NCBI GenBank assembly: GCA_045592105.1
Contig: JAZNUB010000059.1
Coordinates: 5,691 to 69,690 of the forward strand
Direction: 5' to 3'
DNA length: 64,000 nt
Source: Eubacteriales bacterium
Lineage (GTDB): Bacteria > Bacillota > Clostridia > Oscillospirales > CAG-382
Both the position numbers and the translations under genes were made by a program. A model generated the notes under the pieces. The model did not search any database, was not told the DNA's origin, and worked only from the letters and a program-made list of their open reading frames with translations. The stretch's first letter is position 1, and each line of letters begins with the position of its first letter. Positions 1-10,614 of the stretch are shown here, piece by piece.

Positions 1-303
1 GTCCCTAACGCAAAAGGCACAGGGAACGGTTGCCGCCGTGCTGGTTTTAAGCTCCGACGATATAACGCCTATTTTAACGTAGGCGGTGTTATACAACACG
101 GGCATCATACAAGTGCCGTCTTCTATCGTTTCGTAAAAAGCCGTACCGTCAGACGTTACGAAAACCGCAGTTTTTGTATCCGTGTTGCTCCACTCGTCGT
201 CAAAATCAAACCGCACCATTATATCAGAGTTGCCGTTCACCACCGTATCTTCGCCTCGTAACGCGGCTATCTTGTTTTTTACGGTTATGTTAATGGTTTT
301 CAT
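1..303 (-). CDS. hypothetical protein, N-terminal 101 codons only (gene runs off left edge of window)
   Basis: ATG at 303-301 is preceded by GGAGG (complement of 311-315). The frame stays open for all 101 codons to position 1 (MKTINITVKNKIAALRGEDTVVNGNSDIMVRFDFDDEW...). It is absent from the supplied ORF track because there is no stop inside the window. No family recognised. Confidence 0.55.
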   Translation of the reverse strand, partial: MKTINITVKNKIAALRGEDTVVNGNSDIMVRFDFDDEWSNTDTKTAVFVTSDGTAFYETIEDGTCMMPVLYNTAYVKIGVISSELKTSTAATVPCAFCVRD

Positions 304-325
304 TCTGTTTCCTCCGTTCAACGCA

Positions 326-365
326 AAAAGGCTGCTTGCGGCACCGTTGCCGCAAACAGCCTTTT
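326..365 (-). terminator. intrinsic-terminator-like hairpin inside the 5' leader of the 1-303 gene
   Basis: On the minus strand: AAAAGGCUGUUUGCGGCA-ACGG-UGCCGCAAGCAGCCUUUUUG. The stem is 14 bp with 1 mismatch and is followed by U5. It lies 22 nt upstream of the ATG and downstream of the promoter at 393-421. Confidence 0.5.
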
Positions 366-392
366 ATTTTTTATATTCCCTCTTACAGTTTT

Positions 393-421
393 ATTATACC
401 ACAGAGAATGCCGAAAGTCAA
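393..421 (-). promoter_or_regulatory. sigma-70-type promoter TTGACT-17 nt-TATAAT with TG extension
   Basis: Minus strand reads TTGACTttcggcattctctgTGgTATAAT. The -35 is the complement of 416-421 and the -10 is the complement of 393-398, with an exact 17-nt spacer. Confidence 0.5.
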
Positions 422-653
422 TAGCGCGCCCGAACTTTTGTTCGCAAAAAAAGGTAAGCAAAGCCGTAGCTTCGCTTAACAATATTGAAATTAATTATAT
501 TACTTTTCCGCGGTCTGTGCCTTTTTTTCCAACCGCCCCGATAAAACCAAGGTTTGCTAAAATTGATGCAGATTGGACGAACCGAGGCGTTAGCTGTACT
601 TAGTACTGCAAGCCGAGGTTCGTTCAAAGCGAAGAAAATATTAGAAAAATTAT

Positions 654-683
654 GAAGGAAAAGGCAGGTTGGCCTTTTCCTTC
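654..683 (-). terminator. perfect 12-bp hairpin, second terminator downstream of gdhA
   Basis: GAAGGAAAAGGC-aggttg-GCCTTTTCCTTC. On the minus strand it is followed by a U-rich tract (UUCAUAAUUUUUCU). Confidence 0.55.
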
Positions 684-710
684 TTCTGTGTTAAAAATAT
701 TAATTTCTTC

Positions 711-737
711 GCGGTCTGCACTATTTTTGCAAACCGC
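711..737 (-). terminator. gdhA-proximal terminator hairpin
   Basis: GCGGTCTGCA-ctatttt-TGCAAACCGC (10 bp, 1 mismatch), starting 10 nt after the gdhA stop. A degenerate copy of the same module lies at about 497-540. Confidence 0.5.
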
Positions 738-746
738 CGTCAATGA

Positions 747-2105
<1,359 letters not shown>

Positions 2106-2131
2106 TTAAATATATGTAAAAATAGGATAAG

Positions 2132-3268
2132 CTAACCTTTAAAATTGGACCAATCAAGATACGGCGTAGGATCGCAAAGCACGCCGTCTTTAAACATAGA
2201 ATAATGCAGGTGCGGGCCTGTAACCCTGCCCGTGTTGCCGATAAGGGCGATAGGCTGCCCCTTGCGTACGTACTGCCCCTGCTCCACAAGCAGCTTACTG
2301 CAATGTGCGTACAAGCTTGTAAGCGATTGCGTGTGTTCTATAATCACAGCCTGACCGTAGCCGCCTCTCCAACCTGCATAGCTTACGATACCATCGTGCG
2401 CGGCGTATATGGGATCGCCATAACAAGTCCCCTCAAGCGCCACAAAATCTATGCCGTTGTGCTTCTCCATGTTTCCCCAAAGCACGCGATAACCGTATGG
2501 AGAGGAAATGCGCCCATCGTAAGGAAGCGCAAAAAGCGCATCAGCAGAAAGCAAGGTTGCACCGCTATCCGTGCCGCACCATTGCTCTTTCGCAACAGGC
2601 TCCTCAACAACCGTAGTACCGCAAAGCACCTTCTCTGCAAGCTCGCCGTTTATATAGGAAAGGCTGTAAGTGTTATTTGCAACCCCGTCCTTCCCATCGT
2701 CAACGGTTATTACAACACCGTTTTCCAAAAGGTCAGTACTGTTTTGAACCACGGGCTTTTCTATAACCTCGTTTACAACGCTGTTAAGCTTGGTGCAAAC
2801 CTTTAGCTCAACGCCCGTGTTCTCGCCCTTAACGTTATAAACGTCAAAAACAACTACCTCATTATTAACGCCAAGCAAAGCGGAAAGCGCTTGTGCATCA
2901 ACAAACGCATCCTTGCTGTACATACTGTTCACAACGTTCACTTTGTTTGTAACGCTGTGTACACCCAATGGCGCACCGTATGCAACCGCAAGCTGTGCCG
3001 CCACGGTATCAAGCGTATCACATATTGCAGAACAATGCTCGGAGGCGGCGATAAACGCACCGTCTATATATAAACCGTATCCGTTTTTTGTTTCTGTAAC
3101 GTTGACCTCGACGGGATCAACTGATATCTCCGCTTCAGCTTCTTTTATCATCAAAGGAGAAAAGTACATACTAACAACACAGCCAATAACTAAAATTGCC
3201 GCAAGCACGCACATTATCCCTTTAAAGCCAAAAGGCTTTACTTCATCAGGCAAAAAAACATCTCCCAA
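2132..3268 (-). CDS. M23 (LytM-type) peptidoglycan metalloendopeptidase, membrane anchored
   Basis: One N-terminal TM segment. The C-terminal M23 signature is HNGIDF...DPIYAAHDGIV...GNTGRVTGPHLHY. The start is uncertain: TTG at 3268 has no SD, and ATG at 3214 is an alternative. Confidence 0.85.
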   Translation of the reverse strand: MGDVFLPDEVKPFGFKGIMCVLAAILVIGCVVSMYFSPLMIKEAEAEISVDPVEVNVTETKNGYGLYIDGAFIAASEHCSAICDTLDTVAAQLAVAYGAPLGVHSVTNKVNVVNSMYSKDAFVDAQALSALLGVNNEVVVFDVYNVKGENTGVELKVCTKLNSVVNEVIEKPVVQNSTDLLENGVVITVDDGKDGVANNTYSLSYINGELAEKVLCGTTVVEEPVAKEQWCGTDSGATLLSADALFALPYDGRISSPYGYRVLWGNMEKHNGIDFVALEGTCYGDPIYAAHDGIVSYAGWRGGYGQAVIIEHTQSLTSLYAHCSKLLVEQGQYVRKGQPIALIGNTGRVTGPHLHYSMFKDGVLCDPTPYLDWSNFKG

Positions 3269-3413
3269 TTAATTTTCGTGGTATTATACAATATAAAAAT
3301 GAATATTTTATGTTAATAATACAAACTTTTTGTGTTTTTTGTGTCCACCGCCCGTGTTTAATGCCAAAACAGGCAAAAAATACTAAAAATAACCATGTTT
3401 TTTTCAAAAACTG

Positions 3414-3442
3414 TTGCGTTCACGGATTAAAAGTATTATAAT
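3414..3442 (+). promoter_or_regulatory. sigma-70-type promoter for ilvE (TTGCGT-17-TATAAT)
   Basis: TTGCGT at 3414-3419, a 17-nt spacer, and TATAAT at 3437-3442, 41 nt upstream of the ilvE ATG. Confidence 0.45.
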
Positions 3443-3482
3443 AAAATGAAATTGGATTTTTAAAAATAGGAGGCTATTTTTT

Positions 3483-4544
3483 ATGAATATTACTATCACC
3501 CGCACAACAGCACCCAAGGTTAAGCCCGATCCCGAAAAGCTTGGCTTTGGCAAAAATTTTACCGACCATATGTTTCTTATGGACTACAACAAGGAAAAGG
3601 GCTGGCATGATGCACGCATAGTTCCCTTTGCCAATATATCTCTTTCCCCCGCTTGCGCCGTTTTCCATTACGCGCAGGAAATGTTTGAGGGGCTTAAGGC
3701 ATACAAGGGCGCAAACGGCTGCAACCTGCTTTTCCGCCCCCAGAAGAATATTGAGCGTATGAACAACACCAACGAAAGGCTTTGCATCCCTAAGGTTGAC
3801 CCTGATTTTGCGCTTGAGGCTATCAAAACGCTCGTTAAGGTTGATGAGGATTGGATCCCCGAAGGAGAGGGCAAGTCCCTTTACATTCGTCCGTTCATCA
3901 TCGCAACCGACCCCTTCCTTGGCGTTCACCCCTCTGCTACGTATCTTTTCTGCATAATCCTTTCCCCTGTTGGCGCATACTATGCCGAGGGTATTAACCC
4001 CGTTAAGATTTACGTTGAGGATGAGTACGTTCGTGCAGTTAAGGGCGGCACGGGCTTTGCAAAAACAGGCGGTAACTATGCGGCCTCCCTTCGCGCACAG
4101 CAGAAGGCAGAGGAGCTTGGCTATTCTCAGGTTCTTTGGCTTGACGGTATTGAGCATAAATACGTTGACGAAGTTGGCGCAATGAACGTTTTCTTCCTTA
4201 TCGACGGTGAGCTTATCACTCCTATGCTTGAGGGCAACATTCTCCCCGGCGTTACAAGAGATTCCGTTATAAACCTTGCAAGAAGCATGGGCGTTAAGGT
4301 TACAGAAAGGCGCCTTGCAATAGACGAGGTTTTCGATGCCGCAAGGAACGGCAAGCTTGAGGAAGCTTTCGGCAGCGGTACCGCGGCTGTTATCTCCCCC
4401 ATAGGCGAGCTTAATAAGGACGGCGAAAAGGTTGTTATCAACGGCGGCAAGATAGGCACGCTTTCTCAAAAGCTTTACGATACTCTTACCGGTATCCAAT
4501 GGGGCAAGATTGAGGATACGTTTGGCTGGTCTGTAAAAATCTAA
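3483..4544 (+). CDS. ilvE: branched-chain amino acid aminotransferase (class IV)
   Basis: 353 aa, reads like Firmicute IlvE/YbgE (FGKNFTDHMF..., EGLKAYKG, GTGFAKTGGNYAASL, ILPGVTRDSV). RBS AGGAGG lies 8 nt upstream. Confidence 0.94.
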   Translation: MNITITRTTAPKVKPDPEKLGFGKNFTDHMFLMDYNKEKGWHDARIVPFANISLSPACAVFHYAQEMFEGLKAYKGANGCNLLFRPQKNIERMNNTNERLCIPKVDPDFALEAIKTLVKVDEDWIPEGEGKSLYIRPFIIATDPFLGVHPSATYLFCIILSPVGAYYAEGINPVKIYVEDEYVRAVKGGTGFAKTGGNYAASLRAQQKAEELGYSQVLWLDGIEHKYVDEVGAMNVFFLIDGELITPMLEGNILPGVTRDSVINLARSMGVKVTERRLAIDEVFDAARNGKLEEAFGSGTAAVISPIGELNKDGEKVVINGGKIGTLSQKLYDTLTGIQWGKIEDTFGWSVKI

Positions 4545-4559
4545 TAAGTAAAAACAATA

Positions 4560-4600
4560 AAAACGGCAGAAGTCTTTGTAAGGCTTACTGCCGTTTTTTT
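4560..4600. terminator. bidirectional terminator between convergent ilvE and yqfD
   Basis: AAAACGGCAG...CTGCCGTTTTTTT, with A-run and T-run flanks on both sides. It overlaps the yqfD stop codon. Confidence 0.6.
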
Positions 4601-5799
4601 CATTTGTCAATCTCCGGTATCGCCTGCATTTCTACTTCCACGCCTATCTCCGTTATAACCTCTGCCGTGCCGTTAAGTACAACGGCGTTTAGCTGCTCGT
4701 TATAAACGCATTCTATTTGCGTATCGGTTACCTCGCCATCTATTTCCCTTTCTATATACGCTTCAAACGCCGCGTTTGCCTCCCGCGTGGCATCCTCCAC
4801 GCTAAGGCTTTTCGGGCGCAAAACATACTCCTTATATGTAACGCTTTGCTTAACTATCGGCGTTTTTAAGCCGAAAACGCTAACAGCCTTGGTTTGCGTT
4901 TTGGCATCTGCTTTTTCAAAGGGGGATAGCTCATCAAAAAACATATCCGCACGTTTACCCAAAACTATATACGAGGTTTTGGTTTTGCTGTTGCCCGTAT
5001 AAACCTTTTCGTTCCCCTCCAGCGGTATAACAACAAGATATTCACGGTACACGGTTGCGGTAACGCTTCCGCAAGCGTGGTGAAGGTAGTACTCTCCGTA
5101 TGCACCCTGCATCACGCCCGATATAAGCACGTCCCCTTCGTCCACCGTGTCACCGCGCTTAACCAAAGGCACCCCCTTGATAGCGCTTACGCCGCGTATA
5201 ACGCCTGCCTCTGCCGCAACAACGTCATAAACTCCGGTCTTCTCCTCCTGCCGTGGCGATTCCGTGCGTACCCTAAGCTTAACCGCCGCCACAGTGCCCT
5301 GTATGTTAAGAGCCATATCGGAAAACTGTGGGTTCTCCACAAGAAACGTAAGCTCCGTTCTGTAAACGTCTATATCCGATATAGGTCTGCCGCTTTCCAC
5401 GCCCAGCTTTGCCAACGCCGTGTATACAGCCCTCTCGTCGTATTCGCCGTTGCAATCAACGCGCACGTCCCATAATATGCGGGTGGAGCCGTATACGATA
5501 AGCATTGCCAGCACCGCCCCTACAAGCAACCCCACGCGCGCTCTGTATCTAAACGCTATAAAAGATGCGCCGCGCCTTTTGCTAATGCTGTAATCCATCT
5601 CTAAGGCTTTAAGCCTTTCCTCTACCGCATCGGCAAAAAACACCGAACAGCTTATATAATAACAGCCCTCTCCTACGCGTGGGCTGTAAAATTTGTAACC
5701 CTCGTCCTTTAGTATATTAATTGCGTTAAGCGCGTTTTTACCGCGCAGCTCTATCGTTATATACCCGATTATCAGATTTAAAAGCCTATACAAAGGCAC
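4600..5799 (-). CDS. yqfD: sporulation protein YqfD (stage IV sporulation)
   Basis: 399 aa with one central TM segment. Size, architecture and position directly after yqfC are typical of YqfD. Confidence 0.8.
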   Translation of the reverse strand: MPLYRLLNLIIGYITIELRGKNALNAINILKDEGYKFYSPRVGEGCYYISCSVFFADAVEERLKALEMDYSISKRRGASFIAFRYRARVGLLVGAVLAMLIVYGSTRILWDVRVDCNGEYDERAVYTALAKLGVESGRPISDIDVYRTELTFLVENPQFSDMALNIQGTVAAVKLRVRTESPRQEEKTGVYDVVAAEAGVIRGVSAIKGVPLVKRGDTVDEGDVLISGVMQGAYGEYYLHHACGSVTATVYREYLVVIPLEGNEKVYTGNSKTKTSYIVLGKRADMFFDELSPFEKADAKTQTKAVSVFGLKTPIVKQSVTYKEYVLRPKSLSVEDATREANAAFEAYIEREIDGEVTDTQIECVYNEQLNAVVLNGTAEVITEIGVEVEMQAIPEIDK

Positions 5800-5814
5800 C
5801 CTTGCCCCCCCCTT

Positions 5815-6033
5815 TTAAATGAAATCAAAGCCGCTTATAAGCCCGTTTATAACCGCCTTGCTTGCCGAAAGCAACGCCACGCGCAGGGTAGTGCCGCGTA
5901 TACGCACCTTCTGCCCTCCGCAAAGAAGCACTATCTGCTCCTCTCCGTATTCCACCAACGTAACAGCTCCGTCCACAAACAGCTCACGCCTGCCGTGCAG
6001 CTCAAAAAACGGAGAAGTAAAAGCGTTTTCCAT
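5815..6033 (-). CDS. yqfC: YabP/YqfC-family sporulation protein
   Basis: 72 aa, reads as a YabP/YqfC-like beta-rich protein (..VDGAVTLVEYGEEQIVLLCGGQKVRIRGTTL..). It is paired with yqfD 15 nt downstream. Confidence 0.75.
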   Translation of the reverse strand: MENAFTSPFFELHGRRELFVDGAVTLVEYGEEQIVLLCGGQKVRIRGTTLRVALLSASKAVINGLISGFDFI

Positions 6034-6115
6034 AACTGCCTCACCCCGTAGCGATTATATGCCGCTTTCGTTCTTAAAATTACATAGCGCGCGTATTATT
6101 TTCAAGGTGGTGTTT

Positions 6116-6961
6116 ATGAAAGCTAATACGTTTAGCCATATTTTTACAGCGGTATGTGCAGTTATGTTTGCATTTTGTCTTTTCAACAGCGCACAGATAG
6201 CCGCGCAAAGCGTTTATTACCTAAAGCTTTGTGCGGCAAAGGTTATACCCGCGCTTTTTGTGTATTCCGTTTTATGCTCGGTTATATGCCAAAGCACGCT
6301 GTTTTTTAAGCTTTGCGCTGTGCCTTGGTTCGGCACGGAAGCGGCTGTTCTTGCGCTTGGTCTGCTTGGCGGGTTTCCGCTTGGTGCTACCGTTTCCGCA
6401 GAGCTTTACGATAACGGAGTGATAAGCAAAAAACAAGCGGAATACCTTTGCTCCTTCACAAACAACCCATCGCTTTCCTTTATTATAAGCTACACGGGCG
6501 CGGTGCTTGGCAGTAAACGAATAGCCGTATCGCTTGCTTTGCTAACCGTGGCAAGCGCAATGCTAACGGCTTTAATAATGAAATACACCTATCTTAATAA
6601 AAACGAACGGCTTATTATCCTGCCGCGGCGTGCGGTAAACACAAAAAGCTTTGCGCGCATTATTACCGATAGCTGTTATACTTTACTAACGGTTTGCGGC
6701 TGTATTGTGTTTTTTGGCAGTATAAGCGTGCTGTTCCCTGAATATCTGCGTGGTTTTTTTGAGCTTTCGGGTGGGATAAGTGCTTGTACCGAGCCTGTAA
6801 GTGCCGCCGTTTTGCTTGGCTTTTCGGGGCTTAGCGTTATGCTGCAGATAGCCGCGGTATGTGATAAACGGCTTTCACTTAAGCCGTATGCGGTATCAAA
6901 GCTTGCACAAAGCGCAATTATGGGAATCTTTGCTTATTTTTTGTTTGACTATGTGAAATAA
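6116..6961 (+). CDS. polytopic membrane protein, nucleoside-recognition/Gate-domain (YlbJ-like) type
   Basis: ATG at 6116 with AAGGTGG 6 nt upstream. The part of ORF 5819-6961 upstream of this ATG overlaps yqfC antisense and was discarded. About 8 TM segments. The YlbJ-like assignment is tentative. Confidence 0.6.
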   Translation: MKANTFSHIFTAVCAVMFAFCLFNSAQIAAQSVYYLKLCAAKVIPALFVYSVLCSVICQSTLFFKLCAVPWFGTEAAVLALGLLGGFPLGATVSAELYDNGVISKKQAEYLCSFTNNPSLSFIISYTGAVLGSKRIAVSLALLTVASAMLTALIMKYTYLNKNERLIILPRRAVNTKSFARIITDSCYTLLTVCGCIVFFGSISVLFPEYLRGFFELSGGISACTEPVSAAVLLGFSGLSVMLQIAAVCDKRLSLKPYAVSKLAQSAIMGIFAYFLFDYVK

Positions 6962-7005
6962 AAGTTGTATACTGTAATGGTAAAATCAGTTTTTGGAGAA
7001 AAAAG

Positions 7006-8385
7006 ATGGCAAAGAAACGCGATATGACAACGGGCAGCCCAACAAAAGCCCTTATATTTTTTGCGTTGCCCATATTTTTAGGGCAGCTTTTTCAACAGCT
7101 ATATAATATTACCGACACGAAGGTTATCGGCATTGAGCTGGGGGACAGCGGCCTTGCCGCAATGTCCTCGGTAGGCTCTATATACGGTATCCTCGTTGGT
7201 ATAGCCAACGGGCTTAACAACGGATGTGCTATTATCGCCGCGCGAATGTACGGCTCTAAAAACTCGGCAATGCTTAAGCGCACGATAGCGCATATGCTGG
7301 TAATAAACTTTACGGCAACAGGGCTGTTTATGATGATAGGGCTTCTGTTTATAAACCCGCTTATGCGCATTATGGAAGTGCCGGAAACGGTTTATAACGA
7401 TGCGCGCGTTTACCTTACGTTTATTCTTTGCGGGATGGCAACCACCATAGCCTACAATATGTGCGCCGCAATACTTCGCGCCGTGGGGGACAGTAAAACG
7501 CCCCTCTTGTTCCTTATAGGGTGCAGCGTTCTAAACGCTGGGTTGGATGTGCTTTTGGTTATGGTTTTCAAGCTTGGAATAGCCGGTGCCGCTTCTGCCA
7601 CTATCGCATCACAGGCGTTGTCCGCCTTGCTTTGCTTTATATACATAAAATGTAAAAGGTCAGAGCTTCACATAAGCCGCAAGGATTTTGTATTTGATTT
7701 CGCGCTATTTAAAGAGCTTTTGGCTATGGGCTTTTCAATGGGCATAATCACATCGCTTGTGTCCTTTGGCAGTGCCGCTATTACCCGCGCAAACAACATA
7801 CTAAGCACATCGGGCTATGGGGACGATATTATCACCGCAAGCGGCGCGGCGCGCAGGGTAAACGGGCTTATTATGATGCCGCTTTCAACGCTTGGCACGG
7901 CTTTATCCACCTTCGTTAGCCAAAACTTGGGCGCAGGGCATATAGAGCGCATCCGCAAGGCAATACGCAACGCTTTGTGCATCGGCGCGGTATGGATAGC
8001 GGGAGGTATCGTAATAATATACGCGTTGGGAGATACGCTGGTGCGCGTTATTACTGATACGGAAAGCGCAGTAACCATTAAATACGCAGTTATGTATATG
8101 CGGATAAATTCACCGTTTTTCTTCACGCTTTTACTGCTTTTGGTGTTCCGCAGCGTTTTACAAGGGCTTGGCAAAAAGATTATCCCTATAAGCACCGCGG
8201 CGGCAGAGCTTGTTTTAAAATTCTTCTCTGCGGCGGTTTTGGTGCCGTATTTTGGGTATTTGGGCATTTGCGTTTCAGAGCCTATAATTTGGGCACTTAC
8301 CGCCGTTGCGGTAACTGTGGTTTACATAATCAACATAAGACGTCTTACTGCCAATAACGTCAACATAAAGGAGAGCACGGTATGA
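7006..8385 (+). CDS. MATE-family efflux transporter
   Basis: 459 aa with 12 predicted TM segments and a typical MATE N-terminus (..PIFLGQLFQQLYNITDTKVIG..). Confidence 0.88.
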   Translation: MAKKRDMTTGSPTKALIFFALPIFLGQLFQQLYNITDTKVIGIELGDSGLAAMSSVGSIYGILVGIANGLNNGCAIIAARMYGSKNSAMLKRTIAHMLVINFTATGLFMMIGLLFINPLMRIMEVPETVYNDARVYLTFILCGMATTIAYNMCAAILRAVGDSKTPLLFLIGCSVLNAGLDVLLVMVFKLGIAGAASATIASQALSALLCFIYIKCKRSELHISRKDFVFDFALFKELLAMGFSMGIITSLVSFGSAAITRANNILSTSGYGDDIITASGAARRVNGLIMMPLSTLGTALSTFVSQNLGAGHIERIRKAIRNALCIGAVWIAGGIVIIYALGDTLVRVITDTESAVTIKYAVMYMRINSPFFFTLLLLLVFRSVLQGLGKKIIPISTAAAELVLKFFSAAVLVPYFGYLGICVSEPIIWALTAVAVTVVYIINIRRLTANNVNIKESTV

Positions 8386-10076
8386 AAATAAAAGATATAC
8401 AGTACAAGCACGTTGATTTTGAAGAGATAAGCGCAGCGCTTAAAGCTATCACAGAGGGGGTTAAGAACGCACAAAGCGCAAAGGAAATACTGGAATACCG
8501 CAAGCAGTATTTGGACATAGCAACCGACGTATACACCCAAAGCGCACTTTCCTATATACGCTATTCCTGCAACACGGCGGACGAGTACTATCTTAAAGAA
8601 AAGGACTATTTTGATGAGATAGGGCCTGCCATAACCGTTTTGGAAACGGAATACGGCAACGCGCTGCTTCAAAGCCCGTTCCGCGCGGAGCTTGAAAAGG
8701 AGCTTAACCCCATATTGTTCCGCTATTTAGAGGTTAGGGCTGCGGCATCGGACCCTATGATAGTTGAGGATATGGTAGAGGAAAACAAAATAGTTTCCGA
8801 ATATTCAAAGCTTATGGCGGATATGGAGTTTGAGTTCCGCGGCGAAAAGATGAGCCGTGCGGCACTTGCAGGCTATTTCAAGAATGACGACCGCGAAACG
8901 CGCAAGGAAGCATACGAGGTTATGGGCGCGGAGCTTAACAAGCACGCCGCTAAGCTTGACGATATATACGATAGGCTTGTAAAGGTGCGTACCCGTATGG
9001 CTCGCAAGCTTGGATACGAAAACTTTATACAGCTTGGCTACAACCGTATGGAGCGCGTAAGCTACGGCAAGGCTGAGGTAGAAGCGTTCCGCAAAAACGT
9101 TAAGGAATACATCGTGCCCGTTGTATCGGCTTTGCGTACAACCAACGCAAGGGAGCTTGGTATAGAGGACTACAAGCTTTATGACGACGGTGTTATAATA
9201 AAGGGTGGTGACCCCTGCCCTATCGGCGGCAAGGCGGAGATTTTTGAAGCCGCAAAGCAAATGTACCACGAAATGGGCAAGGAAACAGGCGCGTTTATTG
9301 ACCTGATGCTTGAAAACGAAGCCTTCGACGTTGATGCACGCAAGAACAAATGGGGCGGCGGCTACTGCTCTAACCTGCCGTTATACAATCAGCCCTTTAT
9401 ACTTGCCAACTTTAACGGCACGGCAGGCGACGTTGACGTTATGACGCATGAGGCAGGCCACGCACTAAACGCATACCTCACGGCAAACAACAAGCACGGC
9501 TTGGAAATAGGCTGCGGCGGTATGGAAACGGCGGAAACGCACTCTATGAGCATGGAGTTTTTCGCTTGGAAGTATATAGACAAATTCTTTGGCGATAACG
9601 CCGAAAAGTACAAATATATGCACGCTTTGGATGCCTTGTCCTTTATTCCCTACGGCACTATTGTTGACTATTTCCAGCACATCGTGTACGAAAACCCTGA
9701 TATGACGCCAGCCCAGCGCAACGAAGCGTGGCAGAAGCTTGAAGCAGAGTTTCGCCCCTATATCTCCACGGAGGGGATGCCCTTTTTGGAGGATGGCAGA
9801 CGTTGGCAATACCAGATGCACATATATGAATCCCCGTTCTATTATATAGACTACTGCTTGGCGCAAACGGCGGCGTTTGGCTTTTTACTTGCTTCGCTTG
9901 AGGATTATAACGGCGCGTTTGAACGCTATATAGCCCTTACAAAGCAAGGCGGTGAGCGCGATTTCGAGCTGTTGCTTACCGAAGCAGGGCTTGCTTCCCC
10001 GTTTAAGGAGGGCGCTTTAAAAACGCTCGCGGAAAGGGTTTCCGCCATACTTAGCAACATCAAAAAGGGTATATAA
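8382..10076 (+). CDS. pepF: M3B-family oligoendopeptidase (PepF-like)
   Basis: 564 aa with zinc motif HEAGHAL and PepF-like length. Its start overlaps the MATE stop (ATGA). Confidence 0.85.
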   Translation: MKIKDIQYKHVDFEEISAALKAITEGVKNAQSAKEILEYRKQYLDIATDVYTQSALSYIRYSCNTADEYYLKEKDYFDEIGPAITVLETEYGNALLQSPFRAELEKELNPILFRYLEVRAAASDPMIVEDMVEENKIVSEYSKLMADMEFEFRGEKMSRAALAGYFKNDDRETRKEAYEVMGAELNKHAAKLDDIYDRLVKVRTRMARKLGYENFIQLGYNRMERVSYGKAEVEAFRKNVKEYIVPVVSALRTTNARELGIEDYKLYDDGVIIKGGDPCPIGGKAEIFEAAKQMYHEMGKETGAFIDLMLENEAFDVDARKNKWGGGYCSNLPLYNQPFILANFNGTAGDVDVMTHEAGHALNAYLTANNKHGLEIGCGGMETAETHSMSMEFFAWKYIDKFFGDNAEKYKYMHALDALSFIPYGTIVDYFQHIVYENPDMTPAQRNEAWQKLEAEFRPYISTEGMPFLEDGRRWQYQMHIYESPFYYIDYCLAQTAAFGFLLASLEDYNGAFERYIALTKQGGERDFELLLTEAGLASPFKEGALKTLAERVSAILSNIKKGI

Positions 10077-10120
10077 AGTAAAAAGCTACCCGTTATAGGG
10101 CGCATTCTTAAATATAGCAA

Positions 10121-10156
10121 AAAAGATGCACGAGAATTTCATGCATCTTTTATTTT
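10121..10156 (+). terminator. rho-independent terminator of pepF
   Basis: AAAAGATGCA-11 nt loop-TGCATCTTTT, followed by ATTTTAT. Confidence 0.6.
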
Positions 10157-10242
10157 ATCTCATACCGTAATAAGAAGGAAAAATTTCCGTCTCATTTTCA
10201 ACTTGTTAAAGGCAACGTCTTATTTCAATTTCCTTTAGTGGT

Positions 10243-10614
10243 TTACTCATTTGTTTGTTTTGATTTTATAGTTTTTAGTGATGAAATCAACATTCGTCTA
10301 ATAGTACCGCATTCATGTTGCAATATTTTATATTCTTCCTCACTCATACAATCTGTTTCAAAAAGAAGTTCTAACCAATATTCAACTTCAAAACATTCTT
10401 TTTGCGCTATTTCAAATTTAGAGATAAAATCCTTCGTGCTTTGAGCGTATTGAGCTTCGTGCAAATTAGCACCAATTGAAGTGGCTGAACGAAGCAATTG
10501 ATTTATCAAAACCGATTCCTTGTAATGTGATTTCATATCACGACAAAGAAAAACTACTCTTTTTGCAAATTCTTTTGCTTTTTCTCTTAAAATGCTGTCA
10601 GCCAAAATTATCAC
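10243..10614 (-). CDS. four-helix-bundle protein (23S rRNA intervening-sequence protein / Avd-like family)
   Basis: 123 aa, all-helical, with the family core ..NQLLRSATSIGANLHEAQYAQSTKDFISKFEIAQKECFEVEYWLELL.. GC is roughly 34% against roughly 50% in the flanks. The start is ambiguous: GTG at 10614 abuts the SD, and TTG at 10605 has better spacing. Confidence 0.8.
   Translation of the reverse strand: MIILADSILREKAKEFAKRVVFLCRDMKSHYKESVLINQLLRSATSIGANLHEAQYAQSTKDFISKFEIAQKECFEVEYWLELLFETDCMSEEEYKILQHECGTIRRMLISSLKTIKSKQTNE

Noticed and set aside
1-420. Calling the edge gene a prophage tail or baseplate gene
   Set aside because: There is a vague resemblance in style only (beta-rich N-terminus, strong promoter plus leader terminator), with no motif I can name. 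The remainder of the locus is outside the window.
3269-3482. T-box or other leader upstream of ilvE
   Set aside because: The gap is AT-rich with no conserved T-box elements or terminator/antiterminator pair. It is best explained as a divergent promoter region.
5819-6115. N-terminal 99 codons of ORF 5819-6961
   Set aside because: This stretch overlaps the yqfC coding region on the opposite strand. The internal ATG at 6116 has a proper AAGGTGG RBS and begins the hydrophobic protein.
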